DNA of 28,491 bases. It comes from Roseibacillus sp. GTDB taxonomy: Bacteria; Verrucomicrobiota; Verrucomicrobiia; Verrucomicrobiales; Akkermansiaceae. The stretch covers positions 1 to 28,491 of the forward strand of contig CBDEUM010000019.1 of assembly GCA_965242925.1 (NCBI GenBank), given 5' to 3'. Below are positions 26,063 through 28,491 of the stretch, piece after piece; the stretch's first letter is position 1, and each line of letters starts with the position of its first letter. The notes beneath the pieces were generated by a model. The model was not told where the DNA came from. It searched no databases and saw nothing but the letters and a program-made list of their open reading frames with translations. The translations under genes were made by a program, and so were the position numbers.

Positions 26063-27520
26063 ATGCGCTCCCGACTGCATTCCCGCCTTGCCGCTGTCCT
26101 GATCCTGGGGTTTTCGGCGCACGGTGCCGACGCAGAATCTCCGGTGTCCGCCGGCCTCACTGAGCAAGCGCTTCACCGCCTCTCCGGGGAAACCCAAGCT
26201 CTTCCGAAGCGTACCTTCCTGAGAACCGTCTTTCGCTCTACCATCGAGGCCTCGATCCGCCAACCCATCACAACCTACCGACTCGGAAAGGCGATCTACC
26301 GACAACGTGGCATGGCCCTGCTTGAGGACAATCTGCCCGTACGGATTTCCCTCGCATTCGTAGATGCCGCCCCTCCCCGGCCCGGATCAACGGAATTCGA
26401 GGCTCGCCTCGACCAACTTGGTCTTGCCGCACCCCTCCCCGGTGAGCTCAGTTACCTCCTCGATGGCGGAATGTTCTTCAGTGCCTTCGAAAAAGCACTT
26501 GCTACTGCCAAGCAATCCATCGACGTCCAGGTTTTCATCTTCGACAGTGACGATGTGGGGCTGCGCTGTGCAGATCTCCTGCGGGCGCGGGCGGAGGAGA
26601 TTCCGGTTCGAGTGATCCTCGATGATCTGGGAAGCACCTTCGCCCATAGCCGCCAGCCTCCCTCTGGTCTTCCGGCCGGATTCAAACAGCCCGGGGACAT
26701 CGGAGACTACCTCCGGCACGGGGGGTCAAAGGTGGCACTGCGCGAAACACTGAACCCATGGCTGGTGACTGATCACACCAAGCTTCACCTCTTCGACCGC
26801 AAGGTTGCCTTCATCGGCGGCATGAATCTCGGCCGCGAGTCCCGCCACGAATGGCACGACCTCATGGTCAGCGTCCGGGGACCCATCGTCGCCGCCCTCA
26901 ACCGTGACTTCGAAGGCACCTGGAAACGCAACGGCCCGCGGGGGGATCTCTCCCTCTTCAGCAGGGAAGAGCCGCCCAAGACCGCCGAGGGACCGGGAGT
27001 GCCGATCCGTATCCTTCGGACTGACGCGGTGAATGCACGCAGCGACATCCTTCTGGCCATGCTCCAGGCCATCCGGGGAGCGTGCGAGCGAATCTGGATT
27101 GAGATGCCCTACTTCGCCGCCGACATCATCGAGAACGAGCTGGAAGCGGCTGCCACCCGCGGGGTAGACGTCCGGGTCATCCTGCCCAACCGCGCCAACC
27201 ACGGCATCATGGACGCCGGCAACTTCGTGACTGCCCGCAATCTTCTGGAAGCCGGGGTCAAGGTCTATCACTTTCCCGGCATGACGCACCTCAAGGCCAT
27301 GATCTGCGACGACTGGGCCACGGTCGGGTCCGCCAACCTCGACACCCTCAGCCTGCGTATCAACCGCGAACTCAATTTCTCGTTTTCAGATCCCGCTCTG
27401 GTGGGCGAACTCGTTTCCCTGGTTTTCGAACCCGATTTCCAGGCCTCCCGCCCCCTCACCATCACGGACACCAAGCTGCCTCTCGCTTCGCTTATCGAGT
27501 CGATTGCGGATCAACTGTAG
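26063..27520 (+). CDS. Phospholipase D family protein, cardiolipin synthase-like
   Basis: Two HKD motifs, DHTKLHLFDRKVAFIGGMNL and HLKAMICDDWATVGSANLD; also 'WHDLMVSVRGP' and 'MPYF'. Confidence 0.9.
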   Translation: MRSRLHSRLAAVLILGFSAHGADAESPVSAGLTEQALHRLSGETQALPKRTFLRTVFRSTIEASIRQPITTYRLGKAIYRQRGMALLEDNLPVRISLAFVDAAPPRPGSTEFEARLDQLGLAAPLPGELSYLLDGGMFFSAFEKALATAKQSIDVQVFIFDSDDVGLRCADLLRARAEEIPVRVILDDLGSTFAHSRQPPSGLPAGFKQPGDIGDYLRHGGSKVALRETLNPWLVTDHTKLHLFDRKVAFIGGMNLGRESRHEWHDLMVSVRGPIVAALNRDFEGTWKRNGPRGDLSLFSREEPPKTAEGPGVPIRILRTDAVNARSDILLAMLQAIRGACERIWIEMPYFAADIIENELEAAATRGVDVRVILPNRANHGIMDAGNFVTARNLLEAGVKVYHFPGMTHLKAMICDDWATVGSANLDTLSLRINRELNFSFSDPALVGELVSLVFEPDFQASRPLTITDTKLPLASLIESIADQL

Positions 27521-27687
27521 ACGATCTCCCCTCCCCGGCTGGTTGCGGTTGCACCAGACCGCCAATCCGGCTGCATCGCAACCGCGCGAATTTTAGCTCA
27601 TGCCTGTAGGTAATGGGATGGTTTGCTCCCCAAATCTTCTGGCATTCAAGGGCAATCAGGACAGGCTTCAACGAGTCATCACCCATA

Positions 27688-28491
27688 ATGAAAATCAGCC
27701 CCTTTCCCATTGTCATTACTGCATCCCTCATGCTGTGGGCCATACCCGGCATCAGCCATGCCGGGATCTCTGCAAACGGCCTGATTGCCTATTATGACTT
27801 CAACTCGGATACCGCCGCTGACACCTCGGATGCGCTCGGCGGCAGCGCCTCGGCCAACGATGGCTCGTGGACCGGGACCGCCGTCTACAAGGACGGCGCC
27901 TTCGGCCGCGCGGTGGAGGTCGGTGATGGTGCCGGATCCAACTTTATCACCGCCAGCGGGGCAGAATATGAGTTCGGAACAGACACCAGCTTCACCGTGG
28001 TCTACTGGCTCAACACCGAGGATGCCATCCCCGGGGACCCGGCAATTATTGCCGGTGGTGGCAAGAACTGGTCGGCAACCGGCGGTTCGCTCGGCTGGGT
28101 CTCGGCGATTGCCGGCGATGACCTCGACGCCAACATCGGCGACGGTTCAAACCGCGGCGACGCTGCGGTGATCGACATCGACCATGACACCTACTGGACC
28201 AACCGGGGAGAGCCGGGGGATCACTGGAACTTCGTGGCCATGGTCATCGACCGCGACGCGCAGACCCTCACCAACTACGCTGCTGATGAATGGGTCACCG
28301 TGTCCGGCACCTCCTGGGCATCGGGAGTCACAGGCCAGGACTTTGGAGCCGATGCCTCAACGCCAACCGTCGATTCAGATGTCTCCAATGTTGGTGATCT
28401 CACGGCGGGCAACCTCAACATCGTCATGGGACAGGACGGCGACGGGGCCGGCTACAGCCTGCCCGCCTCCGGCCTTGATGATGTCTCATCT
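27688..28491 (+). CDS. Secreted LamG/concanavalin-A-like domain protein (3'-truncated by window edge)
   Basis: Not in the ORF track because there is no stop. Frame 1 from ATG 27688 is open to the end: signal peptide, GLIAYYDFN, DGAFGRAV, SFTVVYWLN, WNFVAMVIDR, MGQDG and GLDDV. Confidence 0.85.
   Translation, partial: MKISPFPIVITASLMLWAIPGISHAGISANGLIAYYDFNSDTAADTSDALGGSASANDGSWTGTAVYKDGAFGRAVEVGDGAGSNFITASGAEYEFGTDTSFTVVYWLNTEDAIPGDPAIIAGGGKNWSATGGSLGWVSAIAGDDLDANIGDGSNRGDAAVIDIDHDTYWTNRGEPGDHWNFVAMVIDRDAQTLTNYAADEWVTVSGTSWASGVTGQDFGADASTPTVDSDVSNVGDLTAGNLNIVMGQDGDGAGYSLPASGLDDVSS

Noticed and set aside
27540..27670. Riboswitch (c-di-GMP-I-like GCAAACCAT on the minus strand) or terminator (GCGGTTGC...GCAACCGC, 27545-27585)
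   Set aside because: The downstream GNRA/GGGACGCAAA elements are absent and the orientation is wrong for the LamG gene. The 8-bp inverted repeat has a 25-nt loop and no adjoining U-tract.
1..28491. CRISPR array, tRNA/rRNA, prophage or intact IS element
   Set aside because: No regularly spaced direct repeats, tRNA cloverleaf with a T-loop, integrase, phage gene or complete transposase seen; intergenic gaps are all under ~400 nt.

Overview
GC-rich (~60%) bacterial chromosome segment with about 21 protein-coding genes. I found no rRNA, tRNA or CRISPR array. The gene content points to a PVC-superphylum bacterium, most likely a marine Verrucomicrobiota member (inference): a DUF1549/DUF1553 cytochrome c plus DUF1501 pair, three formylglycine-type sulfatases, a PVC-type PQQ-like beta-propeller, a LamG protein and a Verrucomicrobia-like C-terminal domain. 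In order: an amino-sugar operon (Gfo/Idh/MocA oxidoreductase, PIG-L deacetylase, NagB-like isomerase); a beta-propeller protein; a three-gene ion-motor-like operon; two sulfatases; a secreted alpha/beta-hydrolase; a 64-aa basic protein; DUF1501 plus PSD1 cytochrome; a secreted protein; a rhomboid protease; a TPR protein; a CxxCH-bearing prenyltransferase-fold protein; a frameshifted sulfatase-SGNH esterase fusion; a three-fold-repeat secreted protein; a cardiolipin-synthase-like PLD; and a truncated LamG protein. The best candidate for an undescribed system is the motor operon (3770-7047): one MotA/TolQ/ExbB subunit with an N-terminal zinc ribbon and long cytoplasmic tail, plus two different ExbD-like coiled-coil partners, only one of which keeps the proton-carrying Asp. 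All family calls come from motif recognition by eye; no searches were run.
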